From an uncultured delta proteobacterium (lineage in GTDB: Bacteria > Myxococcota_A > Polyangia > Fen-1088): a stretch of 64,000 nucleotides of DNA. A program made the position numbers and the translations under genes. The DNA is taken from positions 224,001-288,000 of the forward strand of contig CAVTRY010000016.1 in the NCBI GenBank assembly GCA_963737265.1. Reading direction: 5' to 3'. Positions 62,821-64,000 of the stretch are shown here, piece by piece. The first letter of the stretch is position 1; each line of letters starts with the position of its first letter. The notes under the pieces are model-generated. The model saw nothing but the letters and a program-made list of their open reading frames with translations. It was not told where the DNA came from and ran no database searches.

Positions 62821-63195
62821 TCAGGCCTCGCCGATTGGAGACGAACAGGCGACGCTCGACAGCGTCGAAAGACCGAGCGATGAAAGCACCATGCGATCCT
62901 CCAGACTGACGTCGAGGAAGCGGATCCCCATGCCACCGGTGTTGGGGGCATCGCTCACCCAGCGCACTTCCCCGCGCAGTTCCAGCGGACGGTCGCGCCA
63001 AGGGATGTCGAGCCACACGCGAACCGATTCGCCGGTGGCGTCGAGATAGTCCGAGCAAAAGAAGAGGCCGTCGGCGCTCACGTCGGTCACCACGCCCTCG
63101 ACGACGAGGCTGTCGCTCACATACTTGGCCTCGATCTGCACCTTCATGCGGGCAGACCGTCTCAGCTCTCTCGACCTCTCAAGGTATGGCAACAT
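62821..63195 (-). CDS. PilZ domain protein
   Basis: RRSAR, DVSADG, GEVRW, GMGIRF. Confidence 0.85.
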   Translation of the reverse strand: MLPYLERSRELRRSARMKVQIEAKYVSDSLVVEGVVTDVSADGLFFCSDYLDATGESVRVWLDIPWRDRPLELRGEVRWVSDAPNTGGMGIRFLDVSLEDRMVLSSLGLSTLSSVACSSPIGEA

Positions 63196-63470
63196 CTTGT
63201 GAACCCCCGTCGCATCGTCCGGCATTCAGCATTCGCCAGCATTCAGCCCCATCGGTTGTCGTGTCAACTTCTGTAGCGTTAGAGCCGCTACCGGCGTGTT
63301 CTTGACCAAGTCCCAGGGTAGACGCGATGCATTTTCAGGCGTTGATTCGCGAGCGGAGTTTTTTCCATACGAAAGTCGCCACCCGTGCTACAACTTCCCG
63401 CCCGGTCAGCCGACTGGCTTTACCGACCGGCTTTACCGACCAGACTTCGCCTAACATTTTCCGCCCGCTC

Positions 63471-63543
63471 GGGCCCATAGCTCAATTGGTAGAGCTGCGG
63501 ACTTTTAATCCGTAGGTCGCAGGTTCAATTCCTGCTGGGCCCA
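63471..63543 (+). tRNA. tRNA-Lys (TTT)
   Basis: Acceptor stem GGGCCCA/TGGGCCC; anticodon loop CTTTTAA; T-loop GGTTCAATTCC. Confidence 0.95.
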
Positions 63544-63569
63544 CCGCCCCTCGCCAAAAAACTGAATAG

Positions 63570-63644
63570 GACCTCGTCGTCTAGTCCGGCCCAGGACAGT
63601 GGCCCTTCAAGCCACGAACACGGGTTCGAATCCCGTCGAGGTCG
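63570..63644 (+). tRNA. tRNA-Glu (TTC)
   Basis: Acceptor stem GACCTCG/CGAGGTC; anticodon arm GTGGC-CCTTCAA-GCCAC; GGTTCGAATCC. Confidence 0.9.
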
Positions 63645-63764
63645 CTAGCTGCCTGCCCCCAGCAGGATGCAAGCGGGATGCGGCTGAATCGCTCCCCTTC
63701 ACAGGCCGGCCGAAGCCCGAGGGTGGCTACTATTCCGCCCGGACAACCGATCATCTATCGACGA

Positions 63765-63860
63765 AGGTGGGGTGAAGTCCGCGAATTTACTTCGCGTACG
63801 AGGGGAGGGCAGCGGCCCTCCCTTCAAAAATCTTCAAGACGGGTCCATTTATGGACACGT
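63765..63860 (+). mobile_element. Dispersed hairpin mini-element, copy D
   Basis: Near-identical to copy C; followed by CTTGAG. Confidence 0.85.
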
Positions 63861-64000
63861 CTTGAGGCGAAGTCCTCCAGATGGAGAGAATCTGGTCGAA
63901 AGATGTTGAGAATCTGGCGGGAGAGACCGGAGAGAGCGCGCAAGCTGCGGCAACGGGGAATCGGTGGAAGTTCACCATCGCCCGCCGCAAGTGAGGATGG

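Noticed and set aside
63409-63442. 13-bp tandem repeat (CCGACYGGCTTTA) upstream of the tRNAs
   Set aside because: Only about 2.5 copies; no evidence of function
63645-64000. Prophage or island integrated at tRNA-Glu
   Set aside because: No integrase or att duplicate is visible before the window ends

Overview
High-GC window whose gene content points to a Myxococcota/Polyangia-like bacterium (inference: MYXO-CTERM-like motif, myxobacterial-type T3SS ATPase genes, a myxobacterial-type RAYT). The housekeeping backbone (ettA, etfBA, moxR-DUF58-transglutaminase, truA, plsC/pssA, M23 peptidase, zapA, tRNA-Lys/Glu) is interrupted by several accessory blocks. (1) 1-14.1 kb: a PspA/IM30 + AAA+ ATPase + TerB-like cluster interleaved with two solute-binding-protein/OmpA fusions and a NitT/TauT-type ABC transporter, split by an ISKra4/ISLre2-like IS. 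(2) A three-gene T3SS ATPase-module remnant. (3) A ~14 kb phosphate-scavenging/arsenic island (PHO boxes, phosphatases, porin, pstSCAB-phoU, arsR-arsC-acr3) bracketed by a decayed duplicate of the L,D-transpeptidase 5' end. (4) 42-50.4 kb, the most unusual region: an inactivated HUH/Y1 (RAYT-like) transposase flanked by inward-pointing, polarised arrays of end-copies with a fixed start and variable length, with unrelated gene fragments lying between related repeats. (5) A dispersed ~100-190 bp hairpin mini-element that always ends next to CTTGAG; one copy splits a LOG gene with no target duplication. Several single-base frameshifts (phoU, arsC, istA and two others) may be sequencing indels. 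All calls come from reading the sequence and motifs by eye; no database searches were run.
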